A DNA stretch of 61,305 nt, the filler included, from Platydemus manokwari (taxonomy: Eukaryota), in NCBI GenBank assembly GCA_037951405.1. It is 5 parts of 5 records of this genome, joined end to end, with 100 filler letters (N's around TTAATTAATTAA, not from the genome) between each part and the next. Parts side by side here need not be neighbours in the genome. Positions count along the whole stretch, not along the records: positions 11,615 to 27,286 come from JBBMOY011259207.1; positions 27,387 to 38,475 come from JBBMOY010917753.1; positions 38,576 to 47,739 come from JBBMOY011289651.1; 2 more parts are not named here. The stretch is one strand, 5' to 3'. Shown in pieces: positions 26,131 through 40,259 of this stretch. Both the position numbers and the translations under genes were made by a program. The notes beneath the pieces were generated by a model. That model was not told where the DNA came from. It worked only from the letters and a program-made list of their open reading frames with translations, and searched no databases. The stretch's first letter is position 1. Each line of letters begins with the position of its first letter.

Positions 26131-26778
26131 AATAGAATAGCTTTTAAATTTCATATCAAAAGAACAAATATAATATAATAATTGAAATATGATTAGTTTT
26201 TTGGCCACTAACCGGGTACGAACAAAACTTATCATATTTAATCTTATAATGCTCTGTGATGAAAATAAAGACTTATTTGATAATAATCTGAGAGCAAATA
26301 ATTAAAAATTATGATATTTATTACAATATGATGTAATTCTTTAAGTTAAAAATTTTTTTTCAAACCAAATTTATATTAATTTCATATTTTTTTCATAATA
26401 TTTTGTTAAGTCAAATTTTGTAAATTTTTCATTTCATTTCCCATCTTAATTGTCCAAAATATAGTTGGATTAAAGTTTGTAACAAAATCTTATCTAAAAC
26501 TGTTTAAATTGAGTTTTGTTACTTTTGAAAATTTTATCGAAATTATAAAAATTCTGCTTTTTAATTGTATTTTCAAAATTATAATTATGTTTTTAAATTT
26601 AAAAATAATGTTTACTTAGATTTGTTTAACGAAATGATGGTTTTTGAAAAGAAAATTTACAAAGTGCATTTTGTTTTCTTTCGAATCTATCAGGTTTCAA
26701 TTAAATGTTTATCTTGTGCACAGAATGATTTTTTAAAGCTTGCCTATTGAATTTTATTTAAGCTCAATCTAAAATTTT

Positions 26779-27286
26779 GGTCAAAGTTAAAAAAGGTTCC
26801 TGAAATGTAAGTTTAAATTTGTTGAATGTATTTCAAAATTCTATATAGTTTATTTAATTATATTCTTTAAAAACATTTTGAAATTTTTTTATTTAAGTAC
26901 ATAATAAAAGTTTTAGTTTTTTGAAATCAAATATTAAATAGATTAGAGTTTAAAAATCTCCTAAAATTTGATTTTTTGAAAAAATGAAAAAAGATTGTCG
27001 AATTGCAATTTATTGAAAATTAGAGAGGATCCTTTTTTTAACATTAGGATCAAATTGAAAGATATTTTCAATTTTTACAATTATTTTATAAAAATTACCA
27101 ATGGTATTATTAAACATATCTGTAATTAACTAACTCGATCTATAATTATAAAAATTTAAATTTAAAAACTCAAATAATCAGACAGAAGTGTTGTGATTAG
27201 AATGGGAATTTGTTTTGAAAAATATGCTTTGTTACCGTTAGACATCTTAAAAAATGAGATATTATCTGACTGACACGAATAAATCA
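26779..27286 (+). mobile_element. Merlin-family left end, truncated by contig end
   Basis: Starts with a degenerate TIR (GGTCAAAGTTAAAAAAGGTTCC). Collinear with 25136-25450; 27000-27270 is the reverse complement of 33110-33360. Confidence 0.75.
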
Positions 27287-27386
27287 NNNNNNNNNNNNNN
27301 NNNNNNNNNNNNNNNNNNNNNNNNNNNNNNTTAATTAATTAANNNNNNNNNNNNNNNNNNNNNNNNNNNNNNNNNNNNNNNNNNNN
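27287..27386. other. Artificial contig-concatenation spacer
   Basis: 44N-TTAATTAATTAA-44N. Confidence 0.97.
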
Positions 27387-30300
27387 TCCAATGGGCTTTA
27401 TTTTGATTAATAAACTTATTTTTTAAGCGAGTTATAGTCTTTTAAAGTTGCTGTTAGATAAGGCCATTATTTTTGCACCAACCTAATATATTGGTCCGGT
27501 TTGTTAAACGACGTATCTTCATTGCTATATCTGTTGGGGTTTTCTGAGATAATATAATACGAAATGAAATTAAAACAAAATTTTGGTGTTATAAAAGTAT
27601 GATAAAATATAGCGATCGGATTTAATCTGTTCCAATCAGATACGTAGGAAGTGTTCAAATCACTCTCGCTATAATAACATTTAAAATATAGATATCGGTA
27701 AAATAAAAGTCTTCCTGAAAGTGTTAAATTCAATTATTAAATAAACAATTATGATTAAATACGTTTATTAATAATAAATCAAATTTAAATGTAAACTTCA
27801 AGATACTATTGTGGACGATCAGAACCTGTAGGCGCGTAATAAAAATATAATAATTTACTCATCATTGATATATAGTGAAATGTTGCTTCTGAATAGTAGA
27901 CAGGATGCTTCGTTCAATAGATAATGTCCGTAGATAAATATTGTTTCAGAATTGATAACTATTGTGAACGTCTCTTCGGATTGAATAAATAATATAATTT
28001 CTTTGTATAATTGCTTCTTTAATTGAATAATAGCAGAATTGCTTCGTACAATGCTTCGTGTTGTAAATGCGTATAATCAAGATCGAGTATGATAAAGTGC
28101 AATCAAAATGAATTTGTTTGCTCTTATATACTGATTTTGTAGGTCGCATGCGTCATATCTGTGTCTTTATTTTTTGTTCTCTTTTGTTTCTATATTTAGA
28201 AACTCTCCAGACGTCATGCCTAAATTTAGCAACAGCCTACTGCTTTTAGCTACTTGAGTTGCTAAATTGACCTACACTATTTTTAGCGATTACGTGGTTG
28301 CTAAAAATAGATTTTGAGATTATTTTCTTGCTTTGATGTTGGGTTCGTTTTAAACAAAAGAAATTGTTGTGGTTTTGTGCATTTGTTCGTGAAATCCAAT
28401 TCTTTTTATAGGCTTATCATGTATGCTCAATTTATGTATCAGAGCTTCGCTTTCATTCGAAAGAGTCGCACATCCGTCAGTCCTTTAACAATTTTTTCTT
28501 GCATCTCTCGTGCCATTGGTAAATCTTAGTGTTTGTTGCCAATTGTTGGTAGGCGCCAGTCTATTATTGAATTCTGATTAGCCATTGCCACTTTTGCTTA
28601 CTGTGTGTGTGTTAATTCATGGTTTACTCGAATATTTTGACTGTTTTTATGACCTATTCAACACAAATTAGCTTTTTACTTTTATTCCATGAAGAGCTGT
28701 GTTAGTAATATTGTATATTGTTAGTAAAATTTAAATCAAAGCAGTTTATAATAACAATAATAATTTAAATTAATCCAACAAAGGACAATAGTAGAATTAG
28801 CGTTTATGACAACAGCAATTTTGTCATAAAATTTCAGAGTTTTTAATGACATAAATAATTTGCGAATAAATCTTTAATAATTCGTCAATGGTAATCATAT
28901 TTTTAAACACTAATATAAATGTATAGAAAAAAAGGAATATTTGCCTATCTTCTAAAATGTGTCATTTATCTTTTTTCCACACTGATACCCAAGAAATCTT
29001 TGTTTTGATTTAATTATACTCTAATTAAACATCAGGCTTTCAAGGTACCAACTGCCATAATCAATAGTCAATATCATCCATGTAAATTATTCAGAGCTTG
29101 ATAATAAAACAAGATGAAGCTCGAGGTATTACTCTCTGCTATTATCCATTATTGTTAATCTTGATATCATTTTCCAAAATAAAAGTGATTTGAAAGCTCC
29201 TGGGAAGATGTTTGGTCGGCACATGGCAGATCATAAGTGAACTAATATTGCATAATAATAGATAAAACTATTATTTGTTAGTAAAATAATTTGTTATATA
29301 ACATTTCCAAGCAAGCATTAAATGAGCCACCCTATTATTGAATTCTAATAATTTCGCAAGCAATCTCAAAAAGCATCCAATTATCAATCAAATAAAGTAT
29401 TATTGCTGATAAATTATGGGTCAGTGACTTTATAGTGTAAACATTATAACCTTCCTTTGGTGGCTAATTAAAAATTGTCTTTATAATCTTTAATGTTTAG
29501 TTTTTAAAAAGATTCAGATTTCTGGTATTATTTAATTATTATTTTTATTCAGTAATTAGAATCTCTAATAAGAAGCAGATTTTTATTAATCGTACATATT
29601 TACAATACTGGGGCTAAACCTTAATTTTATCAATTGAGTTATAATTTCACAAGCTTTTTACCTTAATCACATATTGAATGTTAATAAGCTTTGTAAAAGA
29701 ATTGCTCGAGGTGTTGCACAAATGATTTAATAATGTCTCCTCCCTCTTTATTTTCGTCCGCTGGCGGATTAATCAGCTGCCTTTTCGTAAAGCTTTTTTC
29801 TGTGAATATAGGTCAATTGCTATTAGTAGTATATATTTTATTGATAAATCTTACTTCTAGTAGAGAATTAGGTTGTACGTGGTTTATAAACATAAATGTA
29901 ATAAATTAAAGAGAATAGTAATAACATCAACTATAGTAATAATAGTAATAGTAACAATACTGACTGTGTGTTAAGAAATAAGTTGTCTACAAATACTAAT
30001 AGAAAAAGATCAGTAAAGAAGATTAAGATTAAAGATAAGGAAAATATTCGCATTACAAGGAACCTCATCCAAAATTAGTAAATTGAATATCCCTCCTGTG
30101 GTGTTTTCAAAATTGAAGTGCTCAGTGAATTTACAATAATATCGGGCTGCCCACAATTTTTTCGAAAAATGGAAACTTTGTAGTAGATCAAATAACTGGA
30201 CTTTTCAGTAGTACCTCGTCTATGATCTTGAGTTTATACAATAATTTCTATGATAACGTATTGTAACTAAATATTTGTCGATAAAGTGTAAAATACCGAC

Positions 30301-31999
30301 AATAGTATTGAATATTATTTATTGGAAATATATGTTTGTTGGGATTTAGAAAGAAATGAGAAGCAATTTATAAAACATTGGTGTAGTATTATAATAAAAT
30401 AATATATAACAAAAACCATTTAGGATCAGGTTAAAATGAGTTTCAATAATCTACACACTCAACCGAGTTGATTAATGAAATAAAGAAAGAAACCTTTACT
30501 TATAATGTACATTGTTAAGCATCGATTTAATCTTCTCAATTATCCATAGCGATAAATCAGAATTGTCGCTACAAATTTTAGCTTTATGACTTTTGAATGC
30601 ATTTATACTTGCCCGACAAGAAATAAACAAATGTCATTAATTTTGTTTTGTCATCGCTTTTTTCATTGTTTGATTTTAAAAGTTCTATATTTATTTTGTT
30701 TTATGAAACGTCTTTTTATTCATTTCATAAGTTTATTACTACCTACTTTTAAAACTCTATATTATTTATAATATTTTGTTAAATGCAGTCGCCATTGTAT
30801 ATATTTGAAATGATGGTTATTCCTAGTACTTGTTTATATTCGCTGTCTGATTATTTATTTATTCAATCATAAATATTTAATAGTCTCTGATACCCAATGA
30901 ATAATAATACAATAAAAGAGATTAATAATATCACAGCCAATCAATAACAATGTCTGCCCTGTAAAAATATTAATTATTTCTTTTTTTCTGAATAACTTTC
31001 GAAGATCAATTGTTTGGATGATATATAGATTGTTATTGCGATTTTTAGTTTCTCAATAGGCAATTTGAATCACCAGAGAATGTTATATTTGAGAAGCATT
31101 TTCATATGGGATATATTGAAAAAAAATTGTTAGAAAAAATATATTCACTTATATCCTGACTTAATATAAAGATAATGATAAAGATACAGAATTAAGATAT
31201 ATAATATTGATGGGCTGAATACTCACGCATTCAAAAGATACCCATAATAATAAATATAATATCCATAAAATAATAATCCTCGTTATTAATAAAACCCGGC
31301 ATTTATATTAATAAAAAAAACCCATTAAGATTACTCTATAATAAATTTAACCACCAAAACAATATTGCTAGTGATATTATTAGTCATCGCACTTCACATA
31401 TTTTAGCTGTTGATATAATAATCGTGCAGAATAAATTATCATGCAGAGTAATTACATAGAATATTTTCCAATATAATAAATTTAATTACAGAAAATATTT
31501 CTATCTTTATATAATTTATACCGTATATTCTTCACTATTTCTAGAGCGACGCTCAATCTTGAGAAATATATTTCTCCAGCGGTTATGAGGGAGTTTATTG
31601 ATCATAAAGCTTAATAGAATTGTTATAAGTGTAACCCAATGTTGGAATGATTAAAGGCAGCATAATTTATTGTTCATTTATTGTTCTATTATTTATTGTT
31701 CTATTATTTAATTGGTAGTGTATGCATGATTTATAATATTCATTTGGTTAAAATCTTCATTATTATTGCCATTTGACACTTATTTTGGATAGTTCAATGT
31801 TATAATTAATTAATTAATGTAGATAAAAATAATATGAAGAACAATGAGACAATAGAAGAGGCAAATATAGAATAGAAATCCACATTAAATTCATTATTTC
31901 GTATTAGTTTACGAAAGATAAAGTGATTAATTTAATTCAGCAGGCTGATATAAGTCGTACATTATGAGGATCAACATAATAATAAAATTTTAAAAATAA

Positions 32000-32620
32000 T
32001 TATTATGAAAAACATTAAAAAAACCAATGACTTTCTCTTAATGTATTACGAATGTTTGTTGGTTTTTTATTGGTGCTTTAACAAGTACGCTTCCGGATCC
32101 TATATGCTTTGTTAATTTACAGTTGTATGTTTCACTTTTCAATAACTTGGGCAATGCCCGTGTCATATCAGTTCTCGTAGTTTTGATAACCCTCAAGTTG
32201 TATTTTACCTTACATTATAGATCTTCTTTCGCCTATATCAATTCAACTCTAGTTTGGAGACTAGAATATGGGACTTTTTGCTGTGATTGGTTTTATTAAC
32301 CTTCATAATTCTTGGATCGGCGTGGTTTATAGGACTCTTTTGTAATATCGAGCAAAACATATAACAAGATCGAGACTAGCTGTATAAATATGAAATATAC
32401 TATCAAATAATGTGTAGAATTTAATATTCAATTAACGCTTACATAAAACCTGGGAACGGTTATTTTGATTTGCCAAGGAGCTCGTAAAAAATCTTGTTAA
32501 CAAACATGGCTTATACTTTTCTTAATATACTTAGCTAGAATCACTCTTGGCAGTATTTTTCTTAACTTCAAGCTTCGAATGTAATCATCCCTGTATTATT
32601 AATCAGGGTAAATGTTCTAT
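32000..32620 (-). mobile_element. Decayed Gypsy integrase C-terminal (GPY/F-like) region
   Basis: Minus-strand fragments DDYIRSL, DLV.., GLSKLRELI*HGHC[fs]QVIEK resemble KLxxxWxGPYxVxE; heavily disrupted. Confidence 0.35.
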
Positions 32621-32977
32621 GTTTGTGGGATTATCGAGTTAAATTTATGTATTGGTTTTCTATTTTTAGATATAATGGAATATATTATTTTATTCTTAAA
32701 AAGATAATTGGTTATTAAGGAGCTTAGACTTAATATATTTTTATTTTTGGGTTATTATTATTTATTTCCTTGGATTTAATTATTTTATTAATGTCTCTTC
32801 AGAAATGTTTTAAAGATATTTTTTGAAAATGGGATTTTATTCCCTTGAGAAATTTACACATCATATTTTTATTTATGCGAATTTTAATTTCTAAATGAAT
32901 TGCTAAATAATTTATTTATAACCTATTTACTCAATTCTAATGGGATTAATTTAATTTTCTGGTCTTATATTGTAATT

Positions 32978-33398
32978 GGCTTAAGTTAAGAAAAGGGGTC
33001 CTTTGATATACTTTCGTAACAATGAATTTTCGCGCATGAGACGATTTTACAACTTAATTTTTTATATAATTGCTATGCTTGATTTATTCATATAATTCAG
33101 TTAATATCTCATTTTTTAAGATGTCTAATAGTGACAAAGCATAATTTTAAAACTAAGTTCCCATTCTAATCACAACATTTCTATATGAGTATTTGAGTTT
33201 TTAAATTTAAATTTTATAATTATAAATCGAGTTAGTTAACTTTAATAATACCATTGCTTATTTTTATAAAATGATTGTAAAAAATTGAGAATATCTCTCA
33301 TTTTGCTTCTAATGTTAAAAAATAGGGTCCTCGCTAATTTTCAATAAATTACAATTCGACCTACTTTTATTTTGGGACCCTTTTCCTTAACTTTAGCC
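32978..33398 (-). mobile_element. Non-autonomous Merlin element (MITE) with 8-bp target-site duplication
   Basis: TIRs GGCTTAAGTTAAGAAAAGGGGTCC / GGACCCTTTTCCTTAACTTTAGCC, flanked by TTGTAATT (32970-32977) and TTATAATT (33399-33406), a 7/8 match. The interior is shared with 26779-27286. Confidence 0.85.
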
Positions 33399-34549
33399 TT
33401 ATAATTAATTATAATATTTTAAAATAAAAATTAAATTAAATTAAAAACCACATAAAGAACAATTCAAAAAAATTACTTTATTATTTTATTTACGGAGTTA
33501 CCTCGAAAATAATAGAAAAAATTATTTTATAGTTGCTTCACAATAAGATAAGACACAAATAACAAATAATTTTTTTACTGATTTTTCAAATCTGGAAGTT
33601 GAATCTACAAAGTTTTTTAATTCATTTTGAAGAACCTCAAAAATTCTTATTCGAAATCAAAAAAAGGGAAAAATATCGATGATTTCAGAGAAAAACTTCG
33701 ATAGAAGCATTTGCTAACAAACAATTATTGTATATGATCCCGTTAAAAAGTATTAATCATTAATTTCACGAAAAATGTTGTTCTTAATGCTTTAAAAAGT
33801 AAATTTGTGAGAGAAATTCGCACCCAATTTTTTCGGTTGATTTTAATTTTTTAACTAACCTTATATTAAGGGAACTAAAAATTATACATTAGTGAAGACT
33901 CTAAATTTTTCGGTTTCTGTAAGTAATTTTTTCATGTATATTTGAAAAACTTAAACAATAAATCAAAATTAGATGTTAAAATTCCACAATATGAGTGAGA
34001 AATTTGCTATTATTTATTTTACTTACTTTTAAACTTGCAGTCAATTTTAAAAATCTCATGGTACAGAAATATCTCTCATTATAACCGAAATTTTTTTAAA
34101 AAAATCTGACTTAACTTTTATTCATTTTACTTTCCATTGTAATTATTTTTATTACATTTTAAGTCGAAACGCGTGTTTATATAATTCTAACAATTTGATT
34201 TCGATCTATAACAATACTTTGACTATAAGGAGATAAATGATTTGCCGATAAATTGCTTAGTTATATACGTTATATTTCCTTTGAGAGACGGCTAAAGAAA
34301 AAAGTCAGAAATCCGAAAAAACATCAACGCAGTAATTTAACTGTAACAACAATCATGCCGCACATCGAACAGGCTGAACTTAGCATTCATTTATATTTGT
34401 GTATTAGTGTTGAATCCAGTTTAAAGCAATTGTAGCATGAATAAATATTTGAATGAATTCTTTATCTAAATTAAAATATTAGGAGAAAGATAAAATGTCA
34501 CCTGTCAGAAAATAAACATTATTGGTAAATTACCGATAAATGAATCTAG

Positions 34550-35950
34550 AATACTCCCACAAATAAAACACGTATGTAAGAGCGATCATGTCAAATATAT
34601 CTGTCCTCTTTTCAAATATACCAATTTAATGCTTAAACTATGTAATATTCGAAACTTACAAGATTCTGTACCAGCGGGAGAGATATTTACTGATAACCAT
34701 ACCCTGATTTCGGTGATTGACTTCAGATTCTACTATATATGACTACCGTCAACCGATATCCATATCCCTTATATATGTTGAAGATATTCATAGAGTTAGT
34801 GTCTATGATGCCATTAATAACATATAAAAATTATGGATTTACTCACATTATTTATTGGATTTATAATCAAGTTCATTATAAAATCTGGGGGTACCTTATA
34901 TCAATAGTTCCTGTCCTGTTAATTTTCAAATAACAATCGACAGCAGTATTTTTTAATTATTGAGTTATCTTTGTTGAATAGTATTGTATATTCTGTCGAA
35001 TTGTAAGTTAGTGTACCTGATAAAGCTTTCTCACTTTTGTTGACTCAGTTTAATATTTGTGAATGGTTCGATTCTCAAATTCAATATCTTGCATAACAAT
35101 TTGTGTCGTTGCTTATAGAACTATGTAAATCAGTATTTTGCCTATCTCTGTGCCATGTAAGTATTTAATACATTGGAATTTATTGTGGCAGAGAAATTAT
35201 CTATAATTAATTTTATTATAACAGAGATAAATAAATATAGGTACTATAAATTGGTTTGACAATATATTATCAGGTCATTGCCTTATTTAAAATTGTTATT
35301 AGCCATGAATCCAAACATATATATATATATATATATTCATTCAAAAACGGTTTTACATTTTCACACAAAATTTTACAATTACAATCAAAAATGAAATGGG
35401 CTCAACTCATGGAATGTCGATCTGTCGAAGCTTTCTTTATTATTCAATATGTATTTTATAATATATTATGAATAACAATGAACTTCCTTGTTCAATTAAT
35501 TTCTATCAAATTTCACTGTTTATTATCCACTAGTACTTTTTAGACACTTTGGTACTATTTTCCTTTTTTCTCTAAAGTTTTCTGTACAAAATGACCAAAT
35601 ATTTACACTTGTAATGAATTGCTAATTCGCCCATTGAATTATTATTGGTTGATTGTTTCTCGATTCCTTATTTCAAACAGTCTCCATAATCATTTTATTT
35701 ATATCTTTATTATTATTTATATCTTTATATAATAACTTATTCAAATTCCTATTTATAGTGGTTTTTTATTAATATTTTCAATTCGTCATTTATGATTATT
35801 ATTGACACTCAATGTTTGTCCTTATGCAATTAAGTGTTTCTAAGTGGCTATTTGTTTCCTTGTATTTCCATCGTAAGGACTCAATCATCCATTGTATCAT
35901 TATATAACTCCTATTGATTATATATGTCCACAGCCAATATAATAATAGAT
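34550..35950 (-). mobile_element. Highly decayed LTR-retrotransposon gag/pol remnant
   Basis: A zinc-knuckle-like HYKC..FGHF near 35600 and an RT-end-like GMVISKYLSRW near 34690 on the minus strand; many stops. Confidence 0.3.
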
Positions 35951-37441
35951 TAATAAAGATAAGTTCAAATAACACATGATAAAAGATTAATTAATTTTGA
36001 TACATATAAAGAGTAAAATATAAAAATATTAGTTTAAAGATTTAAATCACACATCAGCTCATATTGTTGCATTTACAAAGATGATCACATTGAATTTTAA
36101 TTGTGATTATCATATCATGTTCGAGTTGGCACTGAGTTAGAATTTTGAACATACCTTATGCTTCGACTACCTAGAAGAGATGTTGATATTCTGTGCTTGA
36201 GGATTTTACAAGGATAGTGATACTGTCTCATACTATCTTGAGGAAATAGCAAAAGTAATAAAATGGGTTTAAATGAGCATTGGAGATCTGTGCACAAAAC
36301 ATGAAGTTGGTGTTCAGTTATGAATTATCAATAGAATTTTTGAAAGATCTTCATACAATATATCAAAAGAGATTATATATTGCCGATATGCATTACACAA
36401 CACTGGAGTCGATGAGAAATTTGGAAGAATTTGGACTCAGAGATACCGGATCAACCAAAAGTATTCTTATATAAATCAAACAAAATTGCTTATATTTGAA
36501 ATATGCTATGTTGTGCATTAGGTACAACTTCTAAATTTGTGTATTGCAGATTAAATTGATATAAATTACTTTCGAATCTTGGATTAATGATTTTTTTTAC
36601 TTGACTTGACTGTTCGTGGTGTTCGTTATTTGGGTTGTTAATGATTTTAGATATGAGATTTATTGTTGGTAGCTTGATTCTCAGAACAATTAAAGATAAA
36701 ATAAATGGAAGACGGTAAAGGACTTCAAATGTTTTGTTAATCGGTAGTTTCAATAATTGGAAATTCGATAATTGAATCTAACTAGCAGCACAGTCAATAG
36801 ATTAAACACAGCATAATCCTTCTCAAACAATTTCAATAAGCGATAAGATTTTGAATTATTTTAGTCAACAATAATAATTGTAAAACTCAATTAATACTTT
36901 TTATTATTGAATCAACAATCCAAAGAGTTAATAATAATATTCTCGATATCTAATAATTTTGAATTCATAAACATTTTGCAAACAATAACCAAATGAAAAT
37001 TATAATAATAAATTTCCCAAAGTATTTTTTCTTTTTCCCGTCAAATTTTTTTTGGTTTATAACTAAATTTTTCATATTTTACTTCAAATTGCCTCACCAG
37101 TCGTATTTTTTCAATTTCATATTGTTTTATATCTTAGTTATTTATCAAAATATGAATTATGACAAAAAATGAATAATAAATTTAAATTTTAAAAATTATT
37201 TAAAATATTAACTGTACAATTCAAATAATTTTAATTAATTAAATAAATTTGTTTCTCTATTACGTTTAAAGGCTTTAATTGGAAAGGTACATCGTTTTTA
37301 ACTTTGTTGTTCTTGATTTTCTTTGTTTTATTAATATGGTTTATATGGATAAATACGTATTTCACAATGAGTATTGTATTCCTTTAGTTTTATGATTATT
37401 GCAAATGACCAATAACAATTTCTAACACTATAAATTTAGAA

Positions 37442-38045
37442 ATGGATTTATTAGATACTTGGTTCGAATCAATTCGAAATGGTAACTTGAAAGAAATTAT
37501 AAATATTCACAAAAGTAATCCGGATTTAATTAATAAATTTACTACGATGAACGATGGGCGAAATGTAAGATTTACTCAAATTACAGATGTGGTCAATTAT
37601 TGAACTTAGAATTATCAAACTAATGCAATTATTGAAGCATCATTTCAAGGAAACCGGGATCTTGTGAAATGGCTAATTGATAATAATGCAGATGTTAATT
37701 CAATGTCTGATGTATGTTCTAAGATATTTTAATTATAAAACAAATGAATTTTCGCCAATTAATCGAAGATAATTTTTCATAAATACATTCATAGGGTGGT
37801 TGGCGACCAATTCATTTTGCAGCTCAACACGGTCACGTGACTACTGTTAATTTGTTAGTTTTGGGTGGAGCAGAAGTGAATGTTGAAACAGAAGTATTTA
37901 TTTGTTATCATAATTGAACAAATGAATCAAAAATCACCAATTTAAGGCAAAAGAAACACCGATTCTGTTTGCACTTCAAGCATATATGAGAGACACTGTT
38001 AAAAAATTATTGCACCACGGAGCATCATTAGTAGGCATAGATCGG
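37442..38045 (+). CDS. Ankyrin-repeat protein, 5' exons (truncated by contig end)
   Basis: Phase-0 exons 37442-37564 (MDLLDTWFESIRNGNLKEII), 37610-37711 (NAIIEASFQGNRDLVKWLIDNNADVN), 37795-37893 (GWRPIHFAAQHGHVTTVNLLVLGGAEVN) and 37947-38045 (ETPILFALQAYMRDTVKKLLHHGA); all GT-AG. Confidence 0.88.
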
Positions 38046-38475
38046 GTAAATATTTTGTTTCATCATAAAATTAATAATTATTTCATTGTAATTTTTCAAA
38101 TCAATTTAATAGTTAGTAATATAATTATAATTTGTCACGAGTCAGCTGACTTGTACTAGTCACTTGCTTTTCCATAGTAATCAATTTTCTATTAAAATGA
38201 ATTGTGACGTCATCGTTGGTTTTGTATTGATTTTACATTGCAACCAATGAAATGAAATGTGTAATCAATTTTTTTTGATTCTTTAACATCAATCATATTT
38301 ATAAAACAGTTATATAAGGCAATATATTTTCTAATTTTTATATTTTATTGAAATGTGAATTTAATAATAATATTATTATGAAACTTATTATCAATATTTC
38401 ATATGACAATGAGATTATTTTTCAGCACAATCAACTAATTGTTTATCTCATAACAGTTTAATAAAATCTGAAATG

Positions 38476-38575
38476 NNNNNNNNNNNNNNNNNNNNNNNNN
38501 NNNNNNNNNNNNNNNNNNNTTAATTAATTAANNNNNNNNNNNNNNNNNNNNNNNNNNNNNNNNNNNNNNNNNNNN
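38476..38575. other. Artificial contig-concatenation spacer
   Basis: 44N-TTAATTAATTAA-44N. Confidence 0.97.
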
Positions 38576-40259
38576 AACATCTTCATTTGGTAAAAAAGCA
38601 ATTGGACAAAATGATGTAGAAAATCGGAAAGAACTTTTGGTTCACCCTAATAGATAGCTATGGTATCATATCATATACAAACTATTAACATAATTAATTT
38701 AGTTATCACATCCAGATATTGATCAACTAAAACTATCACTGTGACAACCAATTATCATTAATAAATCCAAATCAAGTAGGGTTAAAATATTGAATTTAGA
38801 TTTTTGACTCATAAAATTCCAGTAGCATCGTATTGATATGAGTTACAGAAGCTCTGGAAAAAATATATAAAAAACAACGAATAATAAAAAAAATAATTTA
38901 ATAAGTAGGATTTTCTAATGAATCTTAAATATTTGAGTTTACATTTTTTAGGAATAATAATTGTTGAATATATAAGATACGTAAATATTATAAAATACGT
39001 AATATATAAACCGTCATAATTTAAAAATAATGTTTTTTACAATCATTGATTTATGACATCATAGAGAATGAAGAGGTAACCATGGAATTTTTAATTTAAA
39101 TAGCCATCACCATGACAAATCGGTGAATTACCAAAGAAACATAATAAATCGTCGGAAATGAGTCATCAAGGTTATAAATAATCAGTACCTAAGAAAGTGC
39201 AACTCACATGAATTCTCACAATAATTTCGTGAGCAAATTCATTGTATCGAAAAAAACGACAAATGGTTATTATCTTTTACCATATAAATGATTTACTCAA
39301 CAAATATTCAATATTGTTTTAATACTATTCCCTGATAAAAAATGCAAATTTAGATCATTTCATAATTGGTAAAATTGTATCAATTTCCGACAAGAGATTC
39401 GTTATAAATTTCCGATTAACTACTCCACAAAATTTAGAAATATTTTTCCATATCTAAAATCATTGTCTCCAGTTTTTATATCTAAGTAGAGCATCACTTA
39501 GTTCTCTGCATCAATTTTTCATTCTATTCAGGTCATTAATTTATATATTATTATCATGTTTTATTTATTATCTAGATTGACACACAACCTATTAGTCTGT
39601 TAATTGTCAGATACTTGGTCAGCTATCTGCTACGAACTATTCGCATTAAATTAAGGAGTAAATCATTGATAATAAATTATTGATTTGAGCCAAGTTAATC
39701 CATCCAATAATTTCACCATAATACATAAACTAGTTTAAAAAGATATTTTTGAAAACAATACTAAAAGAAAATCATTAATATTTTACTTAAATCAAAAGTA
39801 TAAAATCAGTAGAACAAAACATTTTATTAAAAATACATCACTTTAATAATGTGTGCACGAAAACCAAAGCTAGTTGATATTGAAAGAAAATATCAGTCTT
39901 TTTGGACTGTGATTTTTGTCTTTGCTCTTAGTGTCTCTCTTAACCTTTATCCTGTGATTTATCCAGATTTTAATGAATTCCTATTTGGTAGTTTATCTTG
40001 AGTTTTAAGAAACTATAGAATTTTAGTAAATTATGTTTTTACTACCTTCAAGCAAGTTATTCATCGTAACATTATTTTTAAAACTTTCCATATTACTGTT
40101 GGGGAAAACAGAGACAAAAATTGAGATTAGTATTATACTAAAACAGTGAAATTGAGGATAAAAATATGCCCATGCTCATATGAACAGTAGGAAAAGAGAA
40201 ATTCCGAAACACAATTAGCAAGATATACCACAACATCCAATAAATATGGACTAACTTAT

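Noticed and set aside
30080-30235. LKIIDEV on the minus strand as a PIF1/Helitron Walker B
   Set aside because: A single short motif with no Walker A or other clear helicase motifs.
36050-36760. Minus-strand coding-like stretch with LSPNSS and CDHLCKC, faintly integrin-beta-like
   Set aside because: Too many stops and too few conserved positions to name; left as unidentified decayed sequence.
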